The notes beneath the pieces are model-generated. The model did no database searches, was not told the origin of the DNA, and was given only the letters and a program-made list of their open reading frames with translations. From assembly GCA_015064855.1 (NCBI GenBank), contig SVRK01000005.1, positions 33,747 through 97,746 on the forward strand: a stretch of 64,000 bases of DNA, written 5' to 3'. This DNA comes from Oscillospiraceae bacterium (lineage in GTDB: Bacteria; Bacillota; Clostridia; Oscillospirales; CAG-272). Position 1 is the stretch's first letter. Every line of letters begins with the position of its first letter. The translations under genes were made by a program, and so were the position numbers. This document shows positions 54,085-63,977 of the stretch, in pieces.

Positions 54085-56055
54085 TTATTCCAATTCAAAC
54101 GCGCCTGTATAAAGCTGATAATATTTACCCCTTTGGGCTATCAAGCTTTCGTGTGAGCCGCGCTCGATAATGCGTCCTTGCTCAAGCACCATAATAACGT
54201 CGGAGTTTTGAATGGTAGATAAGCGGTGCGCTATAACAAATACAGTTCTGCCCTTCATAAGCGAGTCCATACCCGCTTGTACTATTGCCTCGGTTCTTGT
54301 ATCGATGGATGAGGTAGCCTCGTCCATTATCATAACAGGTGGGTCGGCAACTGCTGCGCGTGCAATAGAAATAAGCTGTCTTTGTCCTTGCGAAAGCCCC
54401 GAGCCGTCGCCCTTTAGCATTGTGTTATATCCGTCAGGTAGCATCTCGATAAACGAGTGTGCGTTTGCCAATTTTGCAGCCGCTATACATTCTTCATCGG
54501 TTGCATCAAGCTTACCGTAACGAATATTATCCATTACAGTGCCTGTAAAGAGGTTAACGTCCTGTAATATCACACCCAAGGAGCGCCTTAAATCGTCCTT
54601 CTTAATCTTGTTGATATTGATGCCGTCATATCTTATCTTTCCGTCTGCAATGTCGTAAAAACGGTTTATTAGGTTGGTTATAGTTGTCTTACCCGCACCG
54701 GTAGCACCTACAAATGCAATCTTTTGACCGGGCTCGGCATAAATTGAAACGTCGTGTAGTACAATCTTTTCGGGAACGTAGCCAAAGTCAACCTCGTTTA
54801 AGCGAACATCACCGCGAACACGTGTATAGGTAACAGTACCATCACCGTGTGGATGCTTCCAAGCCCAAATGCCTGTGCGCTTGCCAGCCTCACGAAGCTC
54901 GCCGTTCTCGTCATATTCTGCATCAACCAAGGTAACGTATCCCTCGTCAACCTCGTCCTTCTCGTCAAGCATATCAAATATACGCTCCGCACCTGCAAGC
55001 GCCATTGTAATTGCGTTTGCTTGTTGTGATAGCTGGGAAACGTTGTTTGTAAATTGCTTGGAAAGACCAAGGAATGCAACTGCTGTACCGATAGTAAATA
55101 CAGAGTCCTCAATGCCAAGGAATGTAGCAAATGCAGGGTTATATTTACCAACAAGCATAGTGCCAACGAACACCAAAACAACGTATAAAACGTGTCCAAT
55201 GTTATTCATAATAGGCATAAGAGTGTTAGCTCTTGTATTTGCCTTTGTTGCATGCTCACAGAGCTTTGTATTTAATTCGTTAAATCTCTTTTTGCTCTTT
55301 GGCTCGTAGTTAAATACCTTAACTACCTTTTGACCGTTAATCATTTCCTCAATATATCCCTCGGTTTCACCTAAGGAGATTTGTTGACGGCGGAAGTGCT
55401 TAGCACCCGAGCCACCGATTGTCTTTGCCACAAAGCTCATAACAAGCATACCGCCAATAATCACAAGAGCCATATAGAAGCTCATATAGAACATATAGCA
55501 GGTGACTGTCACAAGAATAATAACCGTCGTTATAATTTGTGGTAGCGATTGAGAAATTAGCTGTCTTAACGAGTCAATATCGTTTGTATAGTGGGACATA
55601 ATATCGCCACGCGTGTTTCTGTCAAAATAACTAATAGGAAGCTTCTGCATCTTTTTAAACATCTTTGTGCGTAGCTTGTGTAGGCAACCCTGAGTTACCA
55701 CAGCCATTGTCCTTGCTTGAACGAAGTTTGAGATTAATCCAATAAGATAAATAGTAGCAAGAAGTCCGACGGCGATAGCAACCTTGGGGAAATATTCATC
55801 CATAGCATCAGACACCGAAAGTCCTTCACGGATAGCATTTATCGCAGTTGATGCGTTATCAATAACAAATCTTTGGAAAAGAGAAGGGGACGCCGCCGCC
55901 AAAGCACTTAAGCAAATGCATATAAACACAATAATAAATGGAACACGATAGAAGGAAAGAAGCATTTTTAAAAGTCTTGTAAACGTGCCCTTTTTAACCT
56001 TCTTTAAGGGTCTGCCCATCATGGGCTGGCGAGGATTTTTTACCGTTTTATTCAT
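54085..56055 (-). CDS. ABC transporter ATP-binding/permease fusion protein (type I exporter half-transporter)
   Basis: 656-aa ORF. Six-TM domain plus NBD (Walker A GATGAGKTT, LSQGQRQL, IMDEATS). It contains an insertion before the NBD. Confidence 0.92.
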   Translation of the reverse strand: MNKTVKNPRQPMMGRPLKKVKKGTFTRLLKMLLSFYRVPFIIVFICICLSALAAASPSLFQRFVIDNASTAINAIREGLSVSDAMDEYFPKVAIAVGLLATIYLIGLISNFVQARTMAVVTQGCLHKLRTKMFKKMQKLPISYFDRNTRGDIMSHYTNDIDSLRQLISQSLPQIITTVIILVTVTCYMFYMSFYMALVIIGGMLVMSFVAKTIGGSGAKHFRRQQISLGETEGYIEEMINGQKVVKVFNYEPKSKKRFNELNTKLCEHATKANTRANTLMPIMNNIGHVLYVVLVFVGTMLVGKYNPAFATFLGIEDSVFTIGTAVAFLGLSKQFTNNVSQLSQQANAITMALAGAERIFDMLDEKDEVDEGYVTLVDAEYDENGELREAGKRTGIWAWKHPHGDGTVTYTRVRGDVRLNEVDFGYVPEKIVLHDVSIYAEPGQKIAFVGATGAGKTTITNLINRFYDIADGKIRYDGININKIKKDDLRRSLGVILQDVNLFTGTVMDNIRYGKLDATDEECIAAAKLANAHSFIEMLPDGYNTMLKGDGSGLSQGQRQLISIARAAVADPPVMIMDEATSSIDTRTEAIVQAGMDSLMKGRTVFVIAHRLSTIQNSDVIMVLEQGRIIERGSHESLIAQRGKYYQLYTGAFELE

Positions 56056-57872
56056 TGCAGGCTCGCCCCCTTTATTTGTGAGTTATATATCTCGCGATAG
56101 ATATCGTTATTCTCTAAAAGCGAATCGTGGTTGCCGATAGCGTTGATTTGTCCATCATCCAAAATAATGATGACGTCAGCATCCTCAACGCTTGAAATTC
56201 TTTGCGCGATAATGATTTTTGTGGTGTTTGGAATTTCCTCACGCATAGCCTTGCGAATTAAAGCGTCAGTTCTTGTGTCAACCGCGCTTGTTGAGTCGTC
56301 AAGAATAAGTATTTTAGGCTTTTTAAGTAATGCCCTTGCAATACAAAGACGTTGCTTTTGTCCGCCTGATACGTTTGTTCCGCCTTGCTCAATGTAAGTA
56401 TCGTATTTTTCTGGGAACTTTTCAATAAATTCGCTAGCACACGCAAGCTTGCAAGCGTGTGCAATTTCTTCGTCTGTTGCATTTTCGTTGCCCCAACGTA
56501 GGTTTTCATTTATAGTACCGGAGAAAAGCACGTTCTTTTGTAGAACAACGCTAACCGCATCACGTAAAGCCACCATATCATAGTCCTTTACGTTAATGCC
56601 ACCGACTAAAACCTCACCCTCTGTTGCATCATAAAGACGAGGGATAAGAGAAATCAAGGTTGATTTAGCACTACCGGTCGCCCCTATAATGCCAACCGTT
56701 TGACCCGATTCAATCTTTAGACTAACGTTGTTTAAAGCGTTTTTCTCGGCTCTTTTTGCGTATTTGAAGCTTACGTTTTTAAATTCAATAGATCCGTTTT
56801 TAATTGTATCAATAGGATTTTCGGAGTTTTTAATTGTCGTTTCCTCGTTGAGAACCTCACAAATACGGCGTGCACTTTCCGCTGACATTGTCACCATTAC
56901 AAAAATCATTGAAAGCATCATTAAGCTCATTAGCATTTGCATACCGTATGTAAGCAGGGTAGAGAAGTTACCTATGGCAAACGCCTTACCACCGGAGGAG
57001 ATAAGAAGAAACGAGCCGAAGAACAAAATGCCAACCATGAGCGAATACATACAAAATTGCATAATTGGAGAGTTAAAAGCAAGAATTTTTTCTGCGCGAA
57101 CGAAATCTGCACGTACATTATCGGATGATACCTCGAATTTTTCGGATTCGTGATTTTCGCGTACAAATGATTTTACAACGCGCATGCCCTGTACGTTTTC
57201 TTGAACTGAGTTATTTAATTTGTCGTATTTTTTAAATACCTTTTTAAAGATAGGCATAGCTTTTCTCGCTACCATAATAAGTGTAAATAGCAGAATCGGA
57301 ACGACTATAACAAAAATCCACGCCATTTTTCCACCAACAGAAAACGCCATAATTATTGAGAAAATAAACATAAATGGCGAACGAACAGCGGTTCTTATAA
57401 TCATCATAAATGACTGCTGTACGTTTGTAACGTCCGTTGTCATACGGGTAACTAGGCTGGAGGATGAGAAATTGTCAATATTTTCAAAAGAAAACTCTTG
57501 GGTTTTATTGAACATAGATGCTCTTAAATTCTTTGCAAATCCGCAAGAAGCACGTGAGCAGTGAACGCCTGCCAAAGCACCGAACATAAGAGAAAGAAGT
57601 GCAAAGCAGATAAGAATAGCAGAGAAAACCAAAATAACAGAGGTTGTTTCTCTCTCGCCTATTAAATTTATAAGCCATCTGGTCAAGGTTATTCTATCAA
57701 GAGAAGCCCCCTCGACACCATTTGATGCCTCAATAAATGTGATAAGCTCACCGGCTATTGCCGGAATCATGCACTCCATTACAACCTCAAAAAGAACCAG
57801 TAACGGAGAAAGAATAGCACTCAATTTATATTTGCCAACGTACTTAAACAATGTTTTAAAGTTTTTAAGCAC
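56052..57872 (-). CDS. ABC transporter ATP-binding/permease fusion protein (partner half-transporter)
   Basis: 606-aa ORF with a GTG start after AAGGGG. Walker A GATGSAKST, VSGGQKQR, ILDDSTS. It overlaps the downstream partner by 4 nt. Confidence 0.92.
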   Translation of the reverse strand: MLKNFKTLFKYVGKYKLSAILSPLLVLFEVVMECMIPAIAGELITFIEASNGVEGASLDRITLTRWLINLIGERETTSVILVFSAILICFALLSLMFGALAGVHCSRASCGFAKNLRASMFNKTQEFSFENIDNFSSSSLVTRMTTDVTNVQQSFMMIIRTAVRSPFMFIFSIIMAFSVGGKMAWIFVIVVPILLFTLIMVARKAMPIFKKVFKKYDKLNNSVQENVQGMRVVKSFVRENHESEKFEVSSDNVRADFVRAEKILAFNSPIMQFCMYSLMVGILFFGSFLLISSGGKAFAIGNFSTLLTYGMQMLMSLMMLSMIFVMVTMSAESARRICEVLNEETTIKNSENPIDTIKNGSIEFKNVSFKYAKRAEKNALNNVSLKIESGQTVGIIGATGSAKSTLISLIPRLYDATEGEVLVGGINVKDYDMVALRDAVSVVLQKNVLFSGTINENLRWGNENATDEEIAHACKLACASEFIEKFPEKYDTYIEQGGTNVSGGQKQRLCIARALLKKPKILILDDSTSAVDTRTDALIRKAMREEIPNTTKIIIAQRISSVEDADVIIILDDGQINAIGNHDSLLENNDIYREIYNSQIKGASLQ

Positions 57873-57907
57873 TAAATCACCCCTTAAAAGATAAAATTAA
57901 TGTAAAT

Positions 57908-57936
57908 ATTATAGCATTGTATAAATTTAATGTCAA
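57908..57936 (-). promoter_or_regulatory. consensus sigma-A promoter of the ABC exporter operon
   Basis: On the minus strand: TTGACA (57936-57931), 17-nt spacer, TATAAT (57913-57908). Confidence 0.55.
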
Positions 57937-57952
57937 TTAGATAGTCTAAACT

Positions 57953-57973
57953 TTTTTGTGAAAATTAGGTGAA
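57953..57973 (-). promoter_or_regulatory. direct-repeat box TTCAC-N6-TTCAC, candidate response-regulator binding site, copy 2
   Basis: 21-nt exact match with 7380-7400. It lies 17 nt upstream of the -35 of the ABC operon promoter. Confidence 0.5.
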
Positions 57974-57997
57974 AAGAAAAAGGAGCATAATGCTCCT
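57972..57997 (-). terminator. intrinsic terminator of mrnC
   Basis: Stem AGGAGCA / TGCTCCT followed by TTTTCTTTT on the minus strand. Confidence 0.65.
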
Positions 57998-58012
57998 TTC
58001 GGACAAGAAAAT

Positions 58013-58384
58013 CTATATTTCGGGATATGCTAAATGAAATAGCTCTAAAATTCTTTCCTCGTTCTTTTGCATACGCAAATATCCAAAAATCGCTTCAAAG
58101 CCTGTCGCTATTTTATATTCAAGAAGCGATGCACTCTTTGGTGCGTTTAGATGAGAGGAGTTTTTACCGCGACGGAAGACGCTTGCCTCATCCTCGCTTA
58201 ACGAATTTTCTATATTTTTAAAAGCTTCTGCTTGCTTTACCGCTGTTACGTAGTTAAGGGCTTCTTTGTTTAATTTTGCAGATTTTTCATATCCCTTTAA
58301 CACCAAGCATTCGCGTATTAATGTCTCTAAAACTGAGTCGCCAAGATAAGCAAGTGCTCCTGCACTAATTTGAGAAATGTCCAT
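58013..58384 (-). CDS. mrnC: mini-ribonuclease 3
   Basis: 123-aa ORF with the RNase III-like signature ALAYLGDSVLETLIRE and no dsRBD. Confidence 0.85.
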   Translation of the reverse strand: MDISQISAGALAYLGDSVLETLIRECLVLKGYEKSAKLNKEALNYVTAVKQAEAFKNIENSLSEDEASVFRRGKNSSHLNAPKSASLLEYKIATGFEAIFGYLRMQKNEERILELFHLAYPEI

Positions 58385-58550
58385 AAAAGCCCTCCCATAT
58401 TTTTTTATATTCTAGCATATAAATTTAGCATTATCAAGTAAGACTTGAAAAAAACGGTAAAATATGATAAAATAATCGTGTGCTTTTATAAAGCCTATGA
58501 ATTAATTCAAAACAAAAATGCTGTAATTTGGTATTTATGAGGTAATATTA

Positions 58551-60005
58551 ATGTCTATTAAATCTTATGATGTTGTCATTATAGGTGCAGGAATTACAGG
58601 CACAATGACAGCGTTTCAGATTGCTAAATATAGCTTAAAGGTTGCAGTTTTGGAGGCGGGTATTGACGTTGCCTCCGGTTCAACACGCGCCAATTCCGCC
58701 ATTGTTCACGCAGGCTATGATGCTAAAGAGGGTACTTTAAAGGCTCTTTTAAACGTTAAGGGCTGTGAGATGATGGAGAATATAACGTCCCAGCTGGGCG
58801 TTCACTATAAGAAAAACGGCTCACTTGTTATTGGCTTTAACGCTCGCGACCTCGAGGAATTAAAGAAACTCAAGGAGCGCGGTGAAACAAACGGAGTTAA
58901 GGGGCTTTGCATTTTAAACAGAAGCGAGCTTCAAAAAATGGAACCAAACGTTTCAAAGGATGCAAAATATGCATTATACGCTCCAAGTGCGGGCATTGTT
59001 TGTCCGTATGACCTTGCATATGCAGTTGCTGAAAACTCAAAAACAAACGGAACTGATTATTATTTTGAATTTAAGGTAGATAAAATTGATTACGATGGCG
59101 ATTATTATACCATTTGTGCAGGGGAGCAAAGAGTTAAGGCTAAATACGTTGTAAATGCCGCAGGCTGTTATGCCGACGAGATTGCAAAAATGATAAACGA
59201 TGATTTGCCGTTTGAAATTATTCCTCGTCGAGGAGAATATATGCTTCTTGATAAAAGTGAGGGCAAAGTGGCAAAGCATACCATCTTTGTTACTCCTAAC
59301 GAAAAGGGTAAGGGCATACTTGTTTCCCCCACGGTTGACGGCAATATTATTGTTGGACCTAATGCAAATATCGTTGATTCAAAGGCGGATACCAGTGTTA
59401 CCGAGGACGGTCTTGACGAGATTGCCAAGGGCGCTAGAATAATTATGCCGGGAATAAATCTAGGCGCGGTAATTACTACCTTTGCGGGCGTTCGTCCCAC
59501 TCCAACAAGCGGAGATTTTTATATTAAAGAATCGGAAAAATGCAAAAATTTTGTTCACGCTGCGGGGATTGAATCCCCCGGTCTTGCATCAGCTCCTGCG
59601 GTTAGCGAATATATTGTTGAAATTCTGAAAAATGCAGGTCTTTCCTTGCGTAAAAAAAGAAAGTATATAGAAACAAGAACGCCGAAGGGCAACTGTAAGA
59701 TTTTCTATGAAATGACCGAAGAGGAAAGAAAAGAAGCAATCAAAAATGACCCAAGATATGCAAAAATGATTTGTCGCTGCGAAATGGTTACCGAGGGCGA
59801 TATTGTAGACGCAATCAATCGACCTATAAGAGCCAAAACCATTGATATGGTTAAGCGTCGCACCCGTGCGGGGATGGGTAGATGTCAAGGAGCGCACTGT
59901 CGTACAAAGGTGGCTGAAATTATCGCACGTGAGCTTAATATTGATATTTCCGAGGTTAAAAAATTCTCCTCAAATTCCAATTTACTTTTAGGAAAAACCA
60001 AGTGA
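58551..60005 (+). CDS. FAD-dependent oxidoreductase (GlpA/glycerol-3-phosphate dehydrogenase-like) with a C-terminal BFD-like [2Fe-2S] domain
   Basis: 484-aa ORF. N-terminal YDVVIIGAGITG dinucleotide fold and a C-terminal CRCEMVTEGDI...GRCQGAHC. Confidence 0.85.
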   Translation: MSIKSYDVVIIGAGITGTMTAFQIAKYSLKVAVLEAGIDVASGSTRANSAIVHAGYDAKEGTLKALLNVKGCEMMENITSQLGVHYKKNGSLVIGFNARDLEELKKLKERGETNGVKGLCILNRSELQKMEPNVSKDAKYALYAPSAGIVCPYDLAYAVAENSKTNGTDYYFEFKVDKIDYDGDYYTICAGEQRVKAKYVVNAAGCYADEIAKMINDDLPFEIIPRRGEYMLLDKSEGKVAKHTIFVTPNEKGKGILVSPTVDGNIIVGPNANIVDSKADTSVTEDGLDEIAKGARIIMPGINLGAVITTFAGVRPTPTSGDFYIKESEKCKNFVHAAGIESPGLASAPAVSEYIVEILKNAGLSLRKKRKYIETRTPKGNCKIFYEMTEEERKEAIKNDPRYAKMICRCEMVTEGDIVDAINRPIRAKTIDMVKRRTRAGMGRCQGAHCRTKVAEIIARELNIDISEVKKFSSNSNLLLGKTK

Positions 60006-60012
60006 GGCAAAA

Positions 60013-61038
60013 ATGAAGAAAAAGCTTGTAATCATAGGCTCAGGTCCTAGTGGCTTGGTCTCAGCTATGACCGCTGTGAAATCTGGCATTTCTGCTTCTG
60101 ACATATTAGTGCTTGAAAGAGAAAATGAGCTTGGTGGAACGTTAAATCAATGCATTCATACGGGATTTATGAAAAATTTAACAGGCACAGAGTTGGCTTC
60201 TAACCTAATAAAAGCGGTTAAAAAGCTTGGTATTGAATGTAGAACAGAGTCGTGTGTTTTGTCTTTGACACCTGAAAAGATTCTGACCGTTATTTCACCT
60301 AAGCAGGGGTATCAAAAAATTCAAGCAGAGGCAGTTATTTTGGCTATGGGCTGCCGCGAGCAATCACGCGGAGTGCTTTCAATAGGAGGAACTCGTCCGG
60401 CTGGAGTTTTGTCGGCAGGTGCGGCACAAAAATATATAAATATTGACGGCTATATGCCCGGTAAAAAAACAGTAGTTATCGGCTCAACCGATATCGCTTT
60501 TATAATCGCTCGACGATTGGCTATTGAGGGTGGAAGGGTTATAACGGTTGTAGAGCCAAAGGGCGCACCACTCAGCGATAAGAAAAATATTAAGGAATAC
60601 TTACATCCATTTAATATTCCTTTTGAATTAAACCATAACGTTACAAAAATTTATGGCAAAGAGCGAATAGAGGCGGTTGATATTTGTCAGCTTGACAAAA
60701 AAGGTAAGCCGATAAAGAAAACCAAGCGAAAATTAGAGTGCGATTCTCTTGTTTATTCGTGCGGATATACTCCCGATGTTGATATTGCAGTTGGTGCAGG
60801 GGCAAGAATAAAAAGAGATACAAAGGGACCTTACACAAAGCGAAATTATGAAACTACAATTTCGGGCGTTTTTGTAACGGGCAACGCGCATTATATCCAT
60901 AAAAATATTGATAAAATATTGAAGGAATCCGTCGCCGTTGCCGAGGCGGTTGCAAAATTCCTGCAAAAACCAAATCAGCAAAAAAAGGAGAAGAAAAATG
61001 AGGATAATGCTCACATCAACAGTGAAAATCAAGAGTGA
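60013..61038 (+). CDS. NAD(P)/FAD-dependent (pyridine nucleotide-disulfide type) oxidoreductase
   Basis: 341-aa ORF. VIIGSGPSG and a second GS.DIA motif. It is the usual partner of the GlpA-like gene in Firmicutes, and has a Lys-rich C-terminal tail. Confidence 0.8.
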   Translation: MKKKLVIIGSGPSGLVSAMTAVKSGISASDILVLERENELGGTLNQCIHTGFMKNLTGTELASNLIKAVKKLGIECRTESCVLSLTPEKILTVISPKQGYQKIQAEAVILAMGCREQSRGVLSIGGTRPAGVLSAGAAQKYINIDGYMPGKKTVVIGSTDIAFIIARRLAIEGGRVITVVEPKGAPLSDKKNIKEYLHPFNIPFELNHNVTKIYGKERIEAVDICQLDKKGKPIKKTKRKLECDSLVYSCGYTPDVDIAVGAGARIKRDTKGPYTKRNYETTISGVFVTGNAHYIHKNIDKILKESVAVAEAVAKFLQKPNQQKKEKKNEDNAHINSENQE

Positions 61039-61219
61039 AACCTCGTCGCTTCTTCCTGTAAGAACTGACAAGCCAATACTCAAAAGCTATCTAAAAACGG
61101 CAATGAAAAAAATCAACTCGATAGAGCTGACCCCACCGGTATATATTGGCGATATAATCGAAGAGGGCTTTATTGAGGATGATATAAACTTGATTGCCAC
61201 AAAGACTGTGGAAAAATAG
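60998..61219 (+). CDS. DUF1667-like protein, C-terminal half only
   Basis: The ORF spans 60938-61219. ATG 60998 follows AAGGAG. LLPVRTDKPI and PPVYIGDII..INLIATKTV resemble the DUF1667 C-terminal region. The N-terminal Cys-rich part is absent. It overlaps the preceding gene by 41 nt. Confidence 0.5.
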   Translation: MRIMLTSTVKIKSETSSLLPVRTDKPILKSYLKTAMKKINSIELTPPVYIGDIIEEGFIEDDINLIATKTVEK

Positions 61220-61323
61220 ATTTTATTTAACAAATTAATGGGAGAAGTCAGTCTCACTTGTGGAGGGATTGTGGCTTCTCTCACTTATTTCAAATAAAAA
61301 TCATAAAAAAATTAAAAAACCTC

Positions 61324-61352
61324 TTGCAAAGTTAAAAAAACTATGGTAGAAT
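61324..61352 (+). promoter_or_regulatory. candidate sigma-A promoter of tRNA-Leu
   Basis: TTGCAA (61324-61329), 17-nt spacer, TAGAAT (61347-61352), preceded by TGG. Confidence 0.5.
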
Positions 61353-61376
61353 AATCAAGCATTAAAAATCACACAT

Positions 61377-61463
61377 GCCGGTGTGATGGAATTGGCAGAC
61401 GTGTCGGACTCAAAATCCGGTGGTAGCGATACCGTATCGGTTCGACCCCGATCACCGGCACCA
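61377..61463 (+). tRNA. tRNA-Leu (anticodon CAA), class II with long variable arm, CCA encoded
   Basis: Manual fold. Acceptor GCCGGTG/CACCGGC. Anticodon stem TCGGA/TCCGG with loop CTCAAAA. Variable arm. T-arm ATCGG-TTCGACC-CCGAT. Discriminator A plus CCA. Close to the Bacillus tRNA-Leu(CAA) pattern. Confidence 0.9.
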
Positions 61464-61464
61464 A

Positions 61465-61495
61465 ACGCGCTCAATCGAGCGCGTTTTTCTTTTTA
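61465..61495 (+). terminator. intrinsic terminator after tRNA-Leu
   Basis: Stem ACGCGCTC / GAGCGCGT, loop AATC, then TTTTTCTTTT. Confidence 0.75.
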
Positions 61496-61601
61496 TTAAA
61501 TTATTAAATAATACTAAAAATATAAAAGAAACTCTATTTACTTTCCAGATTATTTATGCTATACTTACAATGATATATTATGCAAAGAAACGGAAAGACA
61601 A

Positions 61602-63977
61602 ATGACTGAACAAGAAAACAGAAGATATTTAAGGGCGAAAAGAGCTCTTTTTGATAAATATTATTCCAATTTAAATGAGAAACAGAGGGAAGCGGTATAC
61701 ACGGTAAAAGGCCCTGTTCTTATTTTGGCTGGAGCCGGCTCGGGCAAGACAACGGTTTTAACCAATCGTATCGCTCACATTATCAAATACGGCGATGCTT
61801 ACTATTCAAGCGACGTTCCGGAATTTTTAACTCCCGATGCAATAGAGGATCTTGAAAATGCAATATCCTTACCGAGCGAGCAAATTGGAATGTATCTCGG
61901 GGCACTCGCAAAAAATCCGTGCAAGCCTTGGGACATTTTGGCAATTACCTTTACAAACAAGGCGGCAAACGAAATAAAGGCGCGTCTATCAAGGATTTTA
62001 GACGAGGATGCCAGCGATATTTGGGCAGGAACATTTCACTCGGTTTGTATGAGAATCTTGCGCTCACACGGCACTCTTATCGGTTATCGCCCCGCATTTG
62101 GTATTTGTGATACAGACGACGCCAAAAAGCTTATATCCAAATGTATGAAGGATTTAAACATAGACGAAAAGCGCCTCTCAATCAAAGCAATTATGAATGA
62201 AATCAGCAGAGCTAAGGATAGACTTAAAACTCCCGAGGACTATGCCTTTGAGGTAGGCAACGATGCAAAATATAAGGATGTAGCTCGCACATATGAGCTT
62301 TACCAAAAACGCCTAATGGACTCAAACCTTCTCGACTTTGATGATATCATTATGAAAACGGTTGAGCTTTTCTGTGAGCACGAGGATGTTTTAGAGTACT
62401 ACCAAAAGAAATTCAAATACGTTTTGGTTGACGAGTACCAAGACACCAACCACGCACAATTTGTGCTTGTTTCCAAGCTTGGCGCACACTATAAAAACGT
62501 AATGGTAGTAGGTGATGATGACCAAAGCATTTATAAATTCCGTGGTGCTACCATTGAAAATATTCTCAATTTTGACGCGCTATATAGCGATGCAACTATT
62601 GTTAAGCTAGAGCAGAACTACCGTTCAACCTCAAATATTCTTAACGCCGCAAACTGCGTTATTAAAAACAACCCTCACAAGCACGAAAAATCACTTTGGT
62701 GCAAGAGCGAGGAGGGTGATAAGATAACGGTTAAAGAGGTTTACACTCAAAATGACGAGTCGAAATACATAATAGATAAAATAATTGAGCTTCGAGGCGA
62801 AAGAAATCTTGAATATAAAGACTTTGCTATTCTTTATCGTATGAACGCACAGTCAATGAACCTTGAAACCATGTTTGCAAAAAGCGGTATCCCTTACCGT
62901 ATGCTCGGTGCACTCAGGTTCTACGACCGTAAAGAGGTAAAGGATATTATCGCATATCTTTCAATTATAAATAACCCAAGCGACAATGTACGCCTACGCC
63001 GTATAGTAAACGAGCCGAAGCGTAAAATCGGTGACGCTTCATTTGATACCGCGTCAAAAATTGCCGAGGAATTAGGCGTTCCAACACTAGAAATTCTAGA
63101 AAAGGCAACCGATTATTTGGCAATACCCAAAATGGCGGCAAACGCAATGGTCGCATTTGCAAAAACAATTTCAGAGCTTCGTGACGAGAGCGAAATGATG
63201 CCGTTAAATGCATTTGTTCGTAACGTTATGAAAAAGACAGGCTACGAGGCATCAATTGTGGCTCTTGGTCAAGCTGAAGCCGAGCGACTTGAAAACCTTG
63301 ATGCCTTATGCGTTGCCGTAAAGGAATATGAGGAGCGCAATGAGGACGCATCATTATCCGGATTTTTAGAGGAGGTTACGTTGATTTCCGACGTAGACCG
63401 ATACGACGAAAATGCGGATGCAGTAACGCTTATGACTATTCATAGCGCAAAGGGACTGGAGTTCCCGATTGTTTTCCTACCCGGTATGGAGGAGGGCGTT
63501 TTCCCCGGTCAACAATCAATGGGGATGCCGTCTGAAATTGAAGAGGAACGTCGCCTTGCATACGTTGCAATAACTCGCGCAAAGAAAACACTTATTATTA
63601 CACACGCAAAGGAAAGAATGCTCTATGGTATGACCCAAAGGAATCCTTTGTCAAGATTTGTAAAAGAAATTAACCCTATGTATTTAGATATGAAGAAGGA
63701 AAGAGTTTCTTCATATGGTGGCTTCGAGGCAACTGCAATACAAAGACCGAAGCCACAAAATTTAAACAGCTTCTTTGCTCCAACCAAAAAGGTAGAGAAG
63801 CCAAAGGTTGAACCATATTCAATAGGTGACAGAGTAAGACATATCACCTTTGGTGAGGGAACGGTTTTAAACGTATCCCCTATGAGCAATGATTTTATGT
63901 ATGAAATTGCCTTCGACAATGTTGGCACTAAAAAATTAATGGCTACTTACGTGGCAAAACTAATGAAAAAGATTTAA
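61602..63977 (+). CDS. pcrA: ATP-dependent DNA helicase PcrA (UvrD/Rep superfamily 1)
   Basis: 791-aa ORF with helicase motifs AGAGSGKTT, TFTNKAA, VDEYQDTN, QNYRS, TIHSAKGLEF and VAITRAK. Confidence 0.95.
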   Translation: MTEQENRRYLRAKRALFDKYYSNLNEKQREAVYTVKGPVLILAGAGSGKTTVLTNRIAHIIKYGDAYYSSDVPEFLTPDAIEDLENAISLPSEQIGMYLGALAKNPCKPWDILAITFTNKAANEIKARLSRILDEDASDIWAGTFHSVCMRILRSHGTLIGYRPAFGICDTDDAKKLISKCMKDLNIDEKRLSIKAIMNEISRAKDRLKTPEDYAFEVGNDAKYKDVARTYELYQKRLMDSNLLDFDDIIMKTVELFCEHEDVLEYYQKKFKYVLVDEYQDTNHAQFVLVSKLGAHYKNVMVVGDDDQSIYKFRGATIENILNFDALYSDATIVKLEQNYRSTSNILNAANCVIKNNPHKHEKSLWCKSEEGDKITVKEVYTQNDESKYIIDKIIELRGERNLEYKDFAILYRMNAQSMNLETMFAKSGIPYRMLGALRFYDRKEVKDIIAYLSIINNPSDNVRLRRIVNEPKRKIGDASFDTASKIAEELGVPTLEILEKATDYLAIPKMAANAMVAFAKTISELRDESEMMPLNAFVRNVMKKTGYEASIVALGQAEAERLENLDALCVAVKEYEERNEDASLSGFLEEVTLISDVDRYDENADAVTLMTIHSAKGLEFPIVFLPGMEEGVFPGQQSMGMPSEIEEERRLAYVAITRAKKTLIITHAKERMLYGMTQRNPLSRFVKEINPMYLDMKKERVSSYGGFEATAIQRPKPQNLNSFFAPTKKVEKPKVEPYSIGDRVRHITFGEGTVLNVSPMSNDFMYEIAFDNVGTKKLMATYVAKLMKKI

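Noticed and set aside
61420-61605. 61-aa ORF overlapping the 3' part of tRNA-Leu and its terminator
   Set aside because: It overlaps a well-folded tRNA gene and an AT-rich spacer and has no SD, so it is spurious.
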